Sequence record: OZ035756.1
Direction: 5' to 3' (one strand)
DNA: 64,000 bases
From: Tequatrovirus LF73P3
This document shows, one piece after another, positions 19,491 through 28,621 of this stretch. Made by a program: the position numbers and the translations under genes. The stretch's first letter is position 1. Every line of letters begins with the position of its first letter. Under the pieces are notes generated by a model, which saw only the letters and a program-made list of their open reading frames with translations, did not search any database and was not told where the DNA came from.

Positions 19491-19960
19491 TTTAAACTCT
19501 TTCTAAGCTGCTTCTTAAATGAAGCTATTAATTGTGTTTTGGTGTCAGATTCATTATATTCAAATCCTCTTTGAAGCATCTCAGCCATCATTTCCTCTTT
19601 TCCTAAACGAGAAAATTCCTTTGATTTATCTCCAACGAAGTTAGGGTGAATATTATTTTGGGTGTAATCGGATTTTAAATAAGTAAGTAAATTTTCTAAC
19701 CATTCAAGATAATCAACACCTTGTCCCTTTAAGCCAGAACGATTAAATTTGTGCTTCATTTGACCTTCCGCAGCATTGCAAAGATTACAGAGCAATCCAC
19801 GTACCTTTCCTGCTTTTGGTCCATTTAATTCGTGGTCATGGTCGAGGTGATTAGCTTGAACATCAGGATTTAGTTCTCGTTGGCAAATTAAGCATTTACC
19901 ATTTTGCGCATTATAAAATTTTTGTTTTTCTTCTTTGTATAATTTGCCAGTCAATAACAT
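19487..19960 (-). CDS. 49: Endonuclease VII (Holliday junction resolvase) gp49
   Basis: 157 aa; sequence matches T4 gp49 as I recall it (zinc-binding CLICQRE...HLDHDHELNG...CNLCN). Confidence 0.93.
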   Translation of the reverse strand: MLLTGKLYKEEKQKFYNAQNGKCLICQRELNPDVQANHLDHDHELNGPKAGKVRGLLCNLCNAAEGQMKHKFNRSGLKGQGVDYLEWLENLLTYLKSDYTQNNIHPNFVGDKSKEFSRLGKEEMMAEMLQRGFEYNESDTKTQLIASFKKQLRKSLK

Positions 19961-20178
19961 AATAAAACCCTTACCTTAAATAGATAAGGGTATTTATTAT
20001 TTTCAAGTATTGTAAAACATTCGATGCAATCGCTTATATTGCCGAATCATCTTTTTAGTAGGTCGAACATAAGTTCCTACACAAGTGGTCATATTAGAGT
20101 CGGTAGGACTTCCTTTAATAAAAAGTTTCCAAACCTTACCACCATTTAACTTTTCAGTATAAATTAATTCGGTTTTCA

Positions 20179-20643
20179 TTAAAACGCTCGGTCAGAAAAA
20201 GAATTTTGAGTTTCAAGCCATTCAATATATTCTGCCGCAGCTTGCATTAAATTTCCTTCATAACCATCGTTATTTTCTTGTGCAGCTAATTTAGCCAATG
20301 CGTATGAAATACGTTCACCCTGAAAAGCGGCTTTAGGTTTATGAATAGCTTGATCAACTCGTTCTACAACTTCTTCAATTTCGCCATTTTCTACTGATTC
20401 AGTATTCCACAAGCACCAATACGTAATTGGCTTATCATAGATGTTAATAACCTTTCCGTCAGAAAGTTCAATTTCAATAATTCCAGTATCAGGTTCTATG
20501 TCATCTTCACATTCTTTTGCAAGTTCACGAACTTTAAATACAGTACCTGCACTAAGTTCCGGCCAGTAATTACACAGCCCTTTATCAGCACGATTAATTC
20601 TAAACCACTTATCTACTGCAATCATGTCCCATCTCCATATCAA
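20179..20643 (-). CDS. Hypothetical protein (154 aa; in the position of T4 pin, the Lon protease inhibitor)
   Basis: Synteny only (between 49 and nrdC); sequence not independently recognised. Confidence 0.4.
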   Translation of the reverse strand: MIWRWDMIAVDKWFRINRADKGLCNYWPELSAGTVFKVRELAKECEDDIEPDTGIIEIELSDGKVINIYDKPITYWCLWNTESVENGEIEEVVERVDQAIHKPKAAFQGERISYALAKLAAQENNDGYEGNLMQAAAEYIEWLETQNSFSDRAF

Positions 20644-20748
20644 TTATGTCATTTATCGTTGGTTCATTATATACTGTTTCTTCATCAGTGTAAACCGGTT
20701 CTTCCGGCTCTGGCTCTACAGTTTCCCATCTAGCCGCCCACCAAGGTT

Positions 20749-21096
20749 TTATAGCGTAATCCATTCTCGTACTGTCTGAGTTACTACGCGTTCACGGGGC
20801 TCGACTAGTTCAACAGTTGGAACTGCATAATACCAGTCAGAATGGTAAGAACCTGAGCGAGTTTCATTTACAGACACATGAACGTTATGTTTTGGACTAA
20901 AATAAACACACTGACGATATTGGCATTTGCCATCTTGTACCCAATCTTCTATTTCGACAGGTTTAAGATAATCCGAAAAATCGAAATCATAATTTTCTGA
21001 AAATCCATCATGGTCTTCGATGATTTCGCTCAGAACTGCATCAACATCGTAAATCATATTTACCCCAGTTTGACCATACAATCGCCATATTTCCAT
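20749..21096 (-). CDS. Hypothetical protein (115 aa)
   Basis: ORF in 49-nrdC interval. Confidence 0.4.
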   Translation of the reverse strand: MEIWRLYGQTGVNMIYDVDAVLSEIIEDHDGFSENYDFDFSDYLKPVEIEDWVQDGKCQYRQCVYFSPKHNVHVSVNETRSGSYHSDWYYAVPTVELVEPRERVVTQTVREWITL

Positions 21097-21275
21097 TTAG
21101 AAATAGACTTTTCACCATTAGAATAATAAACTTCGAGTTTAGCACGATTATTTTTAATTTGAATAACTTTGGCTGTCATCAAAGTTCCATACCCATAGTA
21201 AACTGCAACCTCATCACCTACATATACCGCGCTTCCGCGGTAGTCATGGATATAATCAGTTCCTTCGAGCATCAT
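21060..21275 (-). CDS. Hypothetical protein (71 aa)
   Basis: ORF in 49-nrdC interval. Confidence 0.35.
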   Translation of the reverse strand: MMLEGTDYIHDYRGSAVYVGDEVAVYYGYGTLMTAKVIQIKNNRAKLEVYYSNGEKSISKWKYGDCMVKLG

Positions 21276-21535
21276 TTAAAGTATTCCCGCAATTGGTCAA
21301 ATCCACCAATATGACTTCCATCAGAAGCAAATACTTGTGGCATCGTCAAACCAATTTGAGTATCACGACCCAGTTTCGTTAGAAGCTCAGCGATTTTCTC
21401 ATCATCAAAAACACCTTTTTCCGGCATAATGTTGATAAATTCAAACGGCTGTTTCTTCACAGTCAAAAGACGTTTTGCATTATCACAATACACGCATTTA
21501 TGAATGTTGCTATCATAACCATATACTTTAAACAT
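21272..21535 (-). CDS. nrdC: Phage thioredoxin/glutaredoxin NrdC
   Basis: 87 aa with CVYC redox motif; matches T4 NrdC as I recall it (MFKVYGYDSNIHKCVYCDNAKRLL...). Confidence 0.9.
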   Translation of the reverse strand: MFKVYGYDSNIHKCVYCDNAKRLLTVKKQPFEFINIMPEKGVFDDEKIAELLTKLGRDTQIGLTMPQVFASDGSHIGGFDQLREYFK

Positions 21536-21536
21536 A

Positions 21537-21794
21537 TTATTCCTTAATTCCTAGTACTTGTTTAAAAGTCTCGTCGTAATCAAGACTTTGGCCAGTTTGT
21601 TCTTTATGTTTGTATATAATATCACTTACTTCTGATAGCATATTTTTATATGAACGGGTTAAAGCAGATTTAAGCACGCTGTATCTATCAGGAAATTTAC
21701 CATGTTCATTATAATACGCTATTGCTAATTCACGGACTGCCTTTTCAGCAGTCTCCATATATTCTTTACGCTTTGTCATTTTCTTCTCGGTCAA
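21537..21794 (-). CDS. Hypothetical protein (85 aa)
   Basis: ORF, nrdC.x region. Confidence 0.4.
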
Positions 21795-22083
21795 ATCGGT
21801 GTTTGCAATGACGGCATTTATAACGAAGATTACTAGTCTGCCAATGAATTAATTGAACCTGTTCAGTACCGCATTCAGGACAATTAGGAACGTTTTTAGA
21901 AGCCCTTTCGCGACGTTCAACCATAACCATAATAGCATCCCAGGCTGGAGGTTTAAAATCTAAATCATCACAACCATGAATCTTTCCACGCATTTCCAGA
22001 TCGTCTTCTTCACCAGCCATAATAATTTTAATTAGACTGGAATTACTTGAAGCTGCAATATCTTCTAATAGACGCTTTTTCAT
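21766..22083 (-). CDS. Zinc-ribbon protein (105 aa)
   Basis: CPECG...CRHCKH four-Cys zinc ribbon. Confidence 0.45.
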
Positions 22084-23006
22084 TTCAGCACCTCAATAGC
22101 ATTACGTAAACCATTTGCTTTGGCGGTTAAAGCCTTAAGAACTTTAGTATGATCTTCAATCTGTTTTTCAACTTCAATTAAGCGTGTATTAAGATATTCG
22201 CGTTCTTCGCTCAGATTATCAGCCTTTTCTGCTTTAGGTTCTTTTACAACTGGCTTATATGTATTAGGGTTCTTCAGTTTAATTAGAATGCGTGAACTGT
22301 ATAACATTGAACCATTATCTTCGGTTTCGTCATACATTTCCACTACGTCCATCATCTCCACCATCGTGCAGAGTTTATAAGACAACGAACGAATAGTTTT
22401 GTTATGCTTATTAATTTCTCTAGCTGTCATGGTGCCGAGATTACGTGAGTAATAATAAGGAACCTGGATATTAATTAATACTGATGAACCACCTGGCTTG
22501 TGTGTTACTTCATCAGCAATAACCCAATCCTTAACATGAACTGTATTTGTACGGTCATCACCCGCGGTAAATAGTTTGCGAGCATGCTTAAAAAGCATAT
22601 TCACTTGGTCATTGAATTGACAAGCAAATTTATCAGCAAATTTAGTTTCAGGAATGGTAGATAACCAATCAGCCAAGTGGGTCTTTTTAACATCGTTAAC
22701 AATAGTAAATTCAACCAAATCAGTTATAGATGTCGCAGATTTAATGAAGCTCGGCTTCATAAAGTTTTCAATGTTATCACGAGCTATCACAGAAGATAGT
22801 AATCGGGAACGTTTGAACCACTCTAGCAAAGAACCAAGAGAATGTGAATATGCATTTTGTGTATCTTTACAAATATGGTTTTCCCATCCAATATAGTCTA
22901 AAAAATCACGAAGAATATTATTGATTACTTCTCTGTGTCCGATCTGATAATTGCGGTGTTTAGTAATAAGACTGTCAAAATAATCAATATAATGTTTACG
23001 AGTCAT
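22080..23006 (-). CDS. Hypothetical protein (~308 aa) with C-terminal coiled coil
   Basis: Start trimmed to MTRKHYIDYF preceded by GAGGAG RBS because the track's upstream extension overlaps an early promoter. Confidence 0.5.
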   Translation of the reverse strand: MTRKHYIDYFDSLITKHRNYQIGHREVINNILRDFLDYIGWENHICKDTQNAYSHSLGSLLEWFKRSRLLSSVIARDNIENFMKPSFIKSATSITDLVEFTIVNDVKKTHLADWLSTIPETKFADKFACQFNDQVNMLFKHARKLFTAGDDRTNTVHVKDWVIADEVTHKPGGSSVLINIQVPYYYSRNLGTMTAREINKHNKTIRSLSYKLCTMVEMMDVVEMYDETEDNGSMLYSSRILIKLKNPNTYKPVVKEPKAEKADNLSEEREYLNTRLIEVEKQIEDHTKVLKALTAKANGLRNAIEVLK

Positions 23007-23033
23007 ATTAATCTCCTCAGTAGAAAGTAAGAA

Positions 23034-23066
23034 CATTATACCACATCCTTGTGGCAAAGTAAACTA
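23034..23066 (-). promoter_or_regulatory. T4-type early promoter
   Basis: Minus strand GTTTAC-18 nt-TATAAT. Confidence 0.6.
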
Positions 23067-24083
23067 GTTTAGTGCATTTAGTGCATTGTTCAGTTTAGAA
23101 CGTTGCTTCGTAAGATTTTTGACTTTTTCTTGAGCTTTTTCTAGCATCTTTTCAGCTTCTAACACTTCATTAGTTGCTTTAACGAGTTCATCATCTACTG
23201 CCTTGATAGACTTCTCAATCGCATCCGCGTGCCATTTTTCAACAGGTTTAAGACTCGGATTTTCAACAGGAAGAAAATTCACTTTATTGAATTTCCATGC
23301 ATCATTATTACCTGAACTATACATCCAAAATTTAGGATCGTTTGATGAGCAATTGGATAAATTTAAGTTATCTTGCACTTCCTGCTTTTTCTCTTGCGGG
23401 ACTTCGTCCTTTCTCAAAAAATCGTATTTAAATGAAACGATCATATCAAGTTCATACGTTGTTGTATGTTCCCAATTTCGCTCAAAATGAGGTAAAATCT
23501 TAGACTGAACAGCGGCAACAACATCCATATACTTAAATGCTTCTGTCAACTGTGATTTAAGGCATTCGCAAATTGAAAGAGAATTTTTTGTATTAGGTTT
23601 AAAGCTAATTCGCGCAGTTCTGTTATTTTCTTTTAATGGTCTTACTTCCATCTGAAGAGTATAACCATCAAATTTCAGATTCTTTAAGTTAATATCAGAA
23701 CCTTTTAATCGACTCGCAATTGATAAAATTTGTTTTAATTGTTTACGGAATAGAGCAATAAATCTCCATTCAATACGATAATGATTTGGATTGAAAAATC
23801 CAGATGATAAATCGACCTTACTTTGACCAACGCCTTGAACAAATAGAGGATTTTTATAATCAATAGTTTTACAGAAATCGGTGAGCTGCTCACGAGCCGT
23901 CATTTGCGTAATATACCCTGCTTCGCTAAAATTACGCACCCATTCACTGCTATTCGTATATTTAAAATGAATATCACTATTAACTTTATCAGGGTCTAAA
24001 TTATTTTGGCATAAAAATGTCATAACATCACGAGTATAGCTGGCATTACGAACCATATCTTCAATTTGAGAACGAGTTTTCAT
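23064..24083 (-). CDS. Hypothetical protein (339 aa) with C-terminal coiled coil
   Basis: Long ORF; C-terminal heptad-rich region. Confidence 0.5.
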   Translation of the reverse strand: MKTRSQIEDMVRNASYTRDVMTFLCQNNLDPDKVNSDIHFKYTNSSEWVRNFSEAGYITQMTAREQLTDFCKTIDYKNPLFVQGVGQSKVDLSSGFFNPNHYRIEWRFIALFRKQLKQILSIASRLKGSDINLKNLKFDGYTLQMEVRPLKENNRTARISFKPNTKNSLSICECLKSQLTEAFKYMDVVAAVQSKILPHFERNWEHTTTYELDMIVSFKYDFLRKDEVPQEKKQEVQDNLNLSNCSSNDPKFWMYSSGNNDAWKFNKVNFLPVENPSLKPVEKWHADAIEKSIKAVDDELVKATNEVLEAEKMLEKAQEKVKNLTKQRSKLNNALNALN

Positions 24084-24091
24084 GGTATTCC

Positions 24092-24994
24092 TTAAGATTT
24101 AAGTAAATCGACAATTTTAATTAACTTTTCACGCTCAGATTTAGCTTTACTACTCAGTCCAGATAGTCTGAAAATTTCATCATCATATTGTTGAATAGAA
24201 ATATTCAGCTCTTCAATCTGTTTATTAAAATAATCAATTTGTTCAGAATGTTTTTCGTTACTACGAACTGGCACAGGTTTCGTAGGCAATGTAGTTGAAC
24301 TGGATTCATTCGGGCGATAAATTAAAATACAACTTGAACCGATAGGGCATTTTGCACCAGATGAATATTCTAATGTTCCAGCTTCTTTTAAAATTTCAAA
24401 AGCTAAACAGAGATGATGCCCCATATTGACATAATCTGTAGAGCGAGCTCTGATATAATAATCAATGCCACGAGTACTAAATTTAAAGCATTTAAGGTCT
24501 TCTGTATTATTGGTCTTAAAAATCATTTGTTTATCTAGACCTTTAGCTAATCGAGCGCCCAATGCTAATAATCGTCGTTGATTTTCCCACAAATCCGTAA
24601 TCATTTGATCGAATGATAATTTTGGCATTAGTCGACCATAAAGGTCATATCCTTTATTATAATTACGAAGGATTTCACTCGCGTTAATACGAGACAATGC
24701 TCCAATTTTATTAAGGGCTTTCATAATGCGATTAGATAAAAGCATTCCAGACCCGTTTGTTCGCTGTAAATGTTTTTCTAATCCAAATCCAATATCAACT
24801 TTAAACTTATCTAAAATTTCGGCATGAACATCTTTATCAATAACATTCAAATCCAAAGTTGGGTTAAATCTATGAAAAAATTTATCTGGCTCTCCACGAC
24901 GAAGTACAGTCCATTCGTTCGATTTTTTATTAACTAAAGATTTAATTACTGCATTGACATTATTAATTACTACTGACATATTTTCCTCACTCAA
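24092..24994 (-). CDS. Hypothetical protein (300 aa) with C-terminal coiled coil
   Basis: Long ORF; C-terminal heptad-rich region. Confidence 0.5.
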   Translation of the reverse strand: MSEENMSVVINNVNAVIKSLVNKKSNEWTVLRRGEPDKFFHRFNPTLDLNVIDKDVHAEILDKFKVDIGFGLEKHLQRTNGSGMLLSNRIMKALNKIGALSRINASEILRNYNKGYDLYGRLMPKLSFDQMITDLWENQRRLLALGARLAKGLDKQMIFKTNNTEDLKCFKFSTRGIDYYIRARSTDYVNMGHHLCLAFEILKEAGTLEYSSGAKCPIGSSCILIYRPNESSSTTLPTKPVPVRSNEKHSEQIDYFNKQIEELNISIQQYDDEIFRLSGLSSKAKSEREKLIKIVDLLKS

Positions 24995-25388
24995 TTTTAC
25001 TGATTATGCGGAATAAGATTGAACAGACTATATAAGTACCACACACAGATTGAACTAATACCATTCCAAAGAACCAAACAATATTATCAAACCATGTCTG
25101 TTTTACGTCGAAAGGACGTAAACTTACAGTAATATTATCGCCTTTTTCTATTGATGAATACATCTCTGGGGAAATATATTCACTAAATCTATAACCGTCT
25201 TTGAGTTCATATACAGCAATAAACGATAAACTAGACCCTTTTCCTTGAGTTCCTGTAAGGGTATTAACTACAGTAACATCATAATCTTTATAATGCATAT
25301 AATCATTAATTGCGTAATAACCATATGCAACTACTACACATAAACAACATATCAATAAATTCAATCTTTTAATTATCAACTGTTTCAT
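24987..25388 (-). CDS. Membrane protein (133 aa)
   Basis: Two hydrophobic helices (LLICCLCVVVAYGYYAI; VWFFGMVLVQSV). Confidence 0.45.
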   Translation of the reverse strand: MKQLIIKRLNLLICCLCVVVAYGYYAINDYMHYKDYDVTVVNTLTGTQGKGSSLSFIAVYELKDGYRFSEYISPEMYSSIEKGDNITVSLRPFDVKQTWFDNIVWFFGMVLVQSVCGTYIVCSILFRIISKIE

Positions 25389-25443
25389 AATAATCTCAAT
25401 TAAAAGGGCTTAGAACCATTATACCATCCTTGGTATAAAGCGG

Positions 25444-25971
25444 TTATGCGAGTACCGTCTTTAACCGTTCTTCAAACTTCCGAAGAGTATTTTGGCGTTC
25501 AGCTCTTTGCTTTTTGTAAGTTTCAATACGCTCTGAAATGAGAGAATATCGTTCATTTATTGATTCTTTCATAAAATCAGGAATTTCACGAGAAGCTTTA
25601 ATCTCGTCAAATTTATCAATAACAGCTTGCTCTTCAGCAATTAAGTTATCATACATTAAAATATCTTTCTTGATGAACTCAATATCTTCTTGAGTTACAC
25701 GAGATAATTTAGATGCTTTATCCTTTTTGTACTGTTCATTAGTATCACGAGACCAGTGTAATGTACGATTTTTATTCGTATTTTTGTAAATTTCTACAAT
25801 ACCGATCTCATCAATAATAACGATCCAATTCCAACGGGATTTGTAAATTTGTCCTCCATCAACAGTGATTTCACCTCCGATTGAGATGTCGTTAAAGAAC
25901 TTGCTTTGTGCTTCAGATTTAAATTTACCATCGTTGTAATTTACCAAGTTGAAAATATCTTTAGCGTTCAT
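25444..25971 (-). CDS. Hypothetical protein (175 aa)
   Basis: ORF directly downstream of early promoter at ~26000. Confidence 0.45.
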   Translation of the reverse strand: MNAKDIFNLVNYNDGKFKSEAQSKFFNDISIGGEITVDGGQIYKSRWNWIVIIDEIGIVEIYKNTNKNRTLHWSRDTNEQYKKDKASKLSRVTQEDIEFIKKDILMYDNLIAEEQAVIDKFDEIKASREIPDFMKESINERYSLISERIETYKKQRAERQNTLRKFEERLKTVLA

Positions 25972-25997
25972 TTTCTGTTCCTCCGTAGTTGATAGTT

Positions 25998-26032
25998 GTA
26001 TAGTACCACAGAGGAACAGTCTTGTAAACCAC
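25998..26032 (-). promoter_or_regulatory. T4-type early promoter
   Basis: Minus strand GTTTAC-18 nt-TACTAT. Confidence 0.6.
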
Positions 26033-26346
26033 TAAAAGAAACTTCTTTCACAATTTTTTCCACTGAACCAGGCGCTCACTGCTTTCTTAGTCTCAGGAGC
26101 AGTGTTATCCATAAACCATTCAAAGGCAGCCTTTTTATGATTCTGGAGGGCTTCTCGGGCTTTAATCTGCTCACGGTCTATTAACACTAACATATGAGCC
26201 TTTCTTGTCACCATGGGCTTCTTATGATTTTTTGAATACTCCCAGTCATTTGTCCATCGCATTGTCGTTGCGAACTGAAATACTGCTTCTTTAATTTTAG
26301 TTTCGTAAATTTCACGAGCCTTTGAGTATAACATCACTACCTCCAT
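26032..26346 (-). CDS. Hypothetical protein (104 aa)
   Basis: ORF. Confidence 0.4.
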   Translation of the reverse strand: MEVVMLYSKAREIYETKIKEAVFQFATTMRWTNDWEYSKNHKKPMVTRKAHMLVLIDREQIKAREALQNHKKAAFEWFMDNTAPETKKAVSAWFSGKNCERSFF

Positions 26347-26436
26347 TCACCAGTTTAATTCTAGTCATCTTTTTGATGGCAGTCCATATAATCTATTTCT
26401 GAACTGCCTTTTTGTCTTAGAAGGCCTCTTATGAAT

Positions 26437-27423
26437 TTATTTCAGAAGAGTAACCTCAGCGATTTCTTGCCAACCGTTTTTGTCGGTCATAATAAAGTCA
26501 GCAAGATAAAGAGCAGTACGCAGTGAAACATTGCGTAAACGATTAACATTAACTTTCATCCATGATAATGCTTTATAAGTTTCTTCATCAGAAAGACCGC
26601 GCTTTTGCATCATGTCAGTTGAAAGAATAACATCTTCAACCCTGACCATAATTTCTTCATTAGTGTGAACACCCAAATCCAAATAAACCGAGCGGGACAC
26701 TAATGCTTGTAAATGTGGAGCAAGTTTAGTACCACGGTCTAATTCGCGGTCAATGTCAACGTTTGTGATAAAAACAATCGTTCCTTTAAATTCAAACTCA
26801 CGGTCAATGCCTTTTTCTTCTAAGTAAGAAGATGCAGTGCTCCAGCAGACTTTACGGGTCTCTCCAGTGTCCAGAGCAGCTTTTAGAAGATTAAGAATGT
26901 CCATATCAGAGAAAACATCCACATCATCAATCAAAAGGACAGAATTCTCTTCACGATTATTCCAAAGCTGCTCATAAAGACCAATACCAGAGATTTTACC
27001 ATTAATGCTTTTATATTCAATGTATCCGTTATCATTTGCTTTATTTAAAGCTTTATCTAAAGAATACGTTTTACCAATACCTGCTGCGCCAGAGATAATT
27101 AATGAACGAATATTTCCATTAATAATACCATTCGTCATCATTCCCATAACATTAAATCTTTTATTAATGCGGGTTTTCATATCTTCATATGATTCTTTAA
27201 CTTCTTCAACTTTTACACCATCATATGAAATATCTGATTTGTAAACCCAAACACCGCGACGTTTACCGTCAATTTCAACAAAAACTTTACCATCTCCTTG
27301 TGCATCTACCGGAGCATTATCTGGGAACCATTCGCCTAAGAGCTCAAAAGTTCCAGAGATTTCTTTACCGAAGTAGATACCCTTATTGATAGTTACAGTT
27401 TTCATTTTATTCTCCAATTTCAC
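26437..27423 (-). CDS. P-loop NTPase (328 aa)
   Basis: Walker A GAAGIGKT and Walker B-like VLLIDDVD. Confidence 0.55.
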   Translation of the reverse strand: MKLENKMKTVTINKGIYFGKEISGTFELLGEWFPDNAPVDAQGDGKVFVEIDGKRRGVWVYKSDISYDGVKVEEVKESYEDMKTRINKRFNVMGMMTNGIINGNIRSLIISGAAGIGKTYSLDKALNKANDNGYIEYKSINGKISGIGLYEQLWNNREENSVLLIDDVDVFSDMDILNLLKAALDTGETRKVCWSTASSYLEEKGIDREFEFKGTIVFITNVDIDRELDRGTKLAPHLQALVSRSVYLDLGVHTNEEIMVRVEDVILSTDMMQKRGLSDEETYKALSWMKVNVNRLRNVSLRTALYLADFIMTDKNGWQEIAEVTLLK

Positions 27424-27440
27424 ATTTGTTTTGATAGGGT

Positions 27441-27473
27441 AATAGTATCACACTACTACCCTACTGTAAACAA
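27441..27473 (-). promoter_or_regulatory. T4-type early promoter
   Basis: Minus strand GTTTAC-18 nt-TACTAT. Confidence 0.55.
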
Positions 27474-27474
27474 T

Positions 27475-27738
27475 TTATTTTAATGTTTGCCAAATTTTTA
27501 CTGCTTCGCGACGAGATACTTCTACAGCTCCAAGTTCTACGGCTTTTTGGCGTCGGCGAGCATGTAAGTCATAATGTTTAATGCGTTTATCTTGAAACCA
27601 AGAACGTTTCATTCCTATTGCTTCTGCCATTTTATGAAGCTCTTCAATATCTCCATCAGTGAACATATGACAATTTTTAGTTGGATGACCGCGAAGTTTC
27701 CATCCATGATTCATTAAAACATCTACGTAAACTGTCAT
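27475..27738 (-). CDS. Small conserved phage protein (87 aa), DUF4031-like by recollection
   Basis: MTVYVDVLMNHGW...HMFTD...ELH.MA.AIG pattern; family assignment from memory only. Confidence 0.35.
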   Translation of the reverse strand: MTVYVDVLMNHGWKLRGHPTKNCHMFTDGDIEELHKMAEAIGMKRSWFQDKRIKHYDLHARRRQKAVELGAVEVSRREAVKIWQTLK

Positions 27739-27929
27739 TGATTCTGCTCCAAATATGTTTCTATAATTTTCTGAGCGAGATAAACTGCGTTATCTTCAGT
27801 TGCATCTTCTAAGAAATTTTCAAAATAAGCTGAAATTTCTTCTGTGTCAATCAACTTTTTTACTTCAATTAACGTAGTTTTCATTTTATTCCCCCAAATC
27901 CGTATCAGTTGATAGTTGTATAGTACCAC
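27735..27929 (-). CDS. Hypothetical acidic protein (64 aa)
   Basis: ORF immediately downstream of early promoter at ~27930. Confidence 0.4.
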   Translation of the reverse strand: MVLYNYQLIRIWGNKMKTTLIEVKKLIDTEEISAYFENFLEDATEDNAVYLAQKIIETYLEQNQ

Positions 27930-27951
27930 AGTATGCTTTGGTTGTAAACCG
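27919..27951 (-). promoter_or_regulatory. T4-type early promoter
   Basis: Minus strand GTTTAC-18 nt-TACTAT. Confidence 0.6.
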
Positions 27952-27970
27952 TTTTGTGAAAAAAATTTTG

Positions 27971-27996
27971 AAATAAAAAAGGGGACCTTAGAGGTC
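27971..27996 (-). terminator. Intrinsic terminator
   Basis: Minus strand GGGGACC-UCUAA-GGUCCCC followed by UUUUUU. Confidence 0.7.
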
Positions 27997-28009
27997 CCCT
28001 TGCGTTAGT

Positions 28010-28495
28010 TTATACCATTTCTATTATGTGCATATTCTTTTTGCTGTCAAAATATATGCTTTTAACTGTTAACTCAGAATTAATTGGCAGTAAAAACTCT
28101 CTTTCATAATCTACCATACAAAGATTATCATAAAGTTTGTTAAGCTTATCATCATCAGTTTGACCAGATTCTTCAATTGCGATTAAATTTTCTAAAATGT
28201 CAATCATGGCAGTCGAATAGTCAAAAACGTTTGCATTTTTTAACACTACTAAAACATTAGTCATATAGCGTTCTGCAGCAAACGTTTCAGCTATATGAGA
28301 CTCACTGCTAAAGGAAGTTATTCTTTTAAATTTGATTCTCCTATTAACTTCAAACTTATAAGATAGCACTTCCTCTATTGTAAGTCCTCTAAAAAGTATG
28401 TCTTTAATCTCAAGTTTGTCTTTAATGTAATCATTAACACGCTTATGATTAAAATCATTAATTTTGTTGCCAAGGCATTGCATTAAAATATGCAT
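28010..28495 (-). CDS. Candidate mini ADP-ribosyltransferase (R-S-E type), 161 aa
   Basis: Motif triad in ART-like spacing: LFRG (R36), YSTA (S94-T95), EREFLLP (E131/E133); single-gene unit between promoter and terminator. Confidence 0.4.
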   Translation of the reverse strand: MHILMQCLGNKINDFNHKRVNDYIKDKLEIKDILFRGLTIEEVLSYKFEVNRRIKFKRITSFSSESHIAETFAAERYMTNVLVVLKNANVFDYSTAMIDILENLIAIEESGQTDDDKLNKLYDNLCMVDYEREFLLPINSELTVKSIYFDSKKNMHIIEMV

Positions 28496-28539
28496 TGTAT
28501 TTTCCTCAATTTTTAAAGAACAATTAACTAACTTACAAA

Positions 28540-28574
28540 TATATTATAATATGCTTTGCGGTAGAAGTAAACAA
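28540..28574 (-). promoter_or_regulatory. T4-type early promoter driving the ART-like gene
   Basis: Minus strand GTTTAC-17 nt-TTATAAT. Confidence 0.6.
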
Positions 28575-28600
28575 CTTTGTGAAAAAATTTTGAAATAAAA

Positions 28601-28620
28601 AGGGAGCCCGAAGGCTCCCT
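28601..28620 (-). terminator. Intrinsic terminator
   Basis: Minus strand AGGGAGCC-UUCG-GGCUCCCU followed by UUUUAUUUC. Confidence 0.7.
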
Positions 28621-28621
28621 A

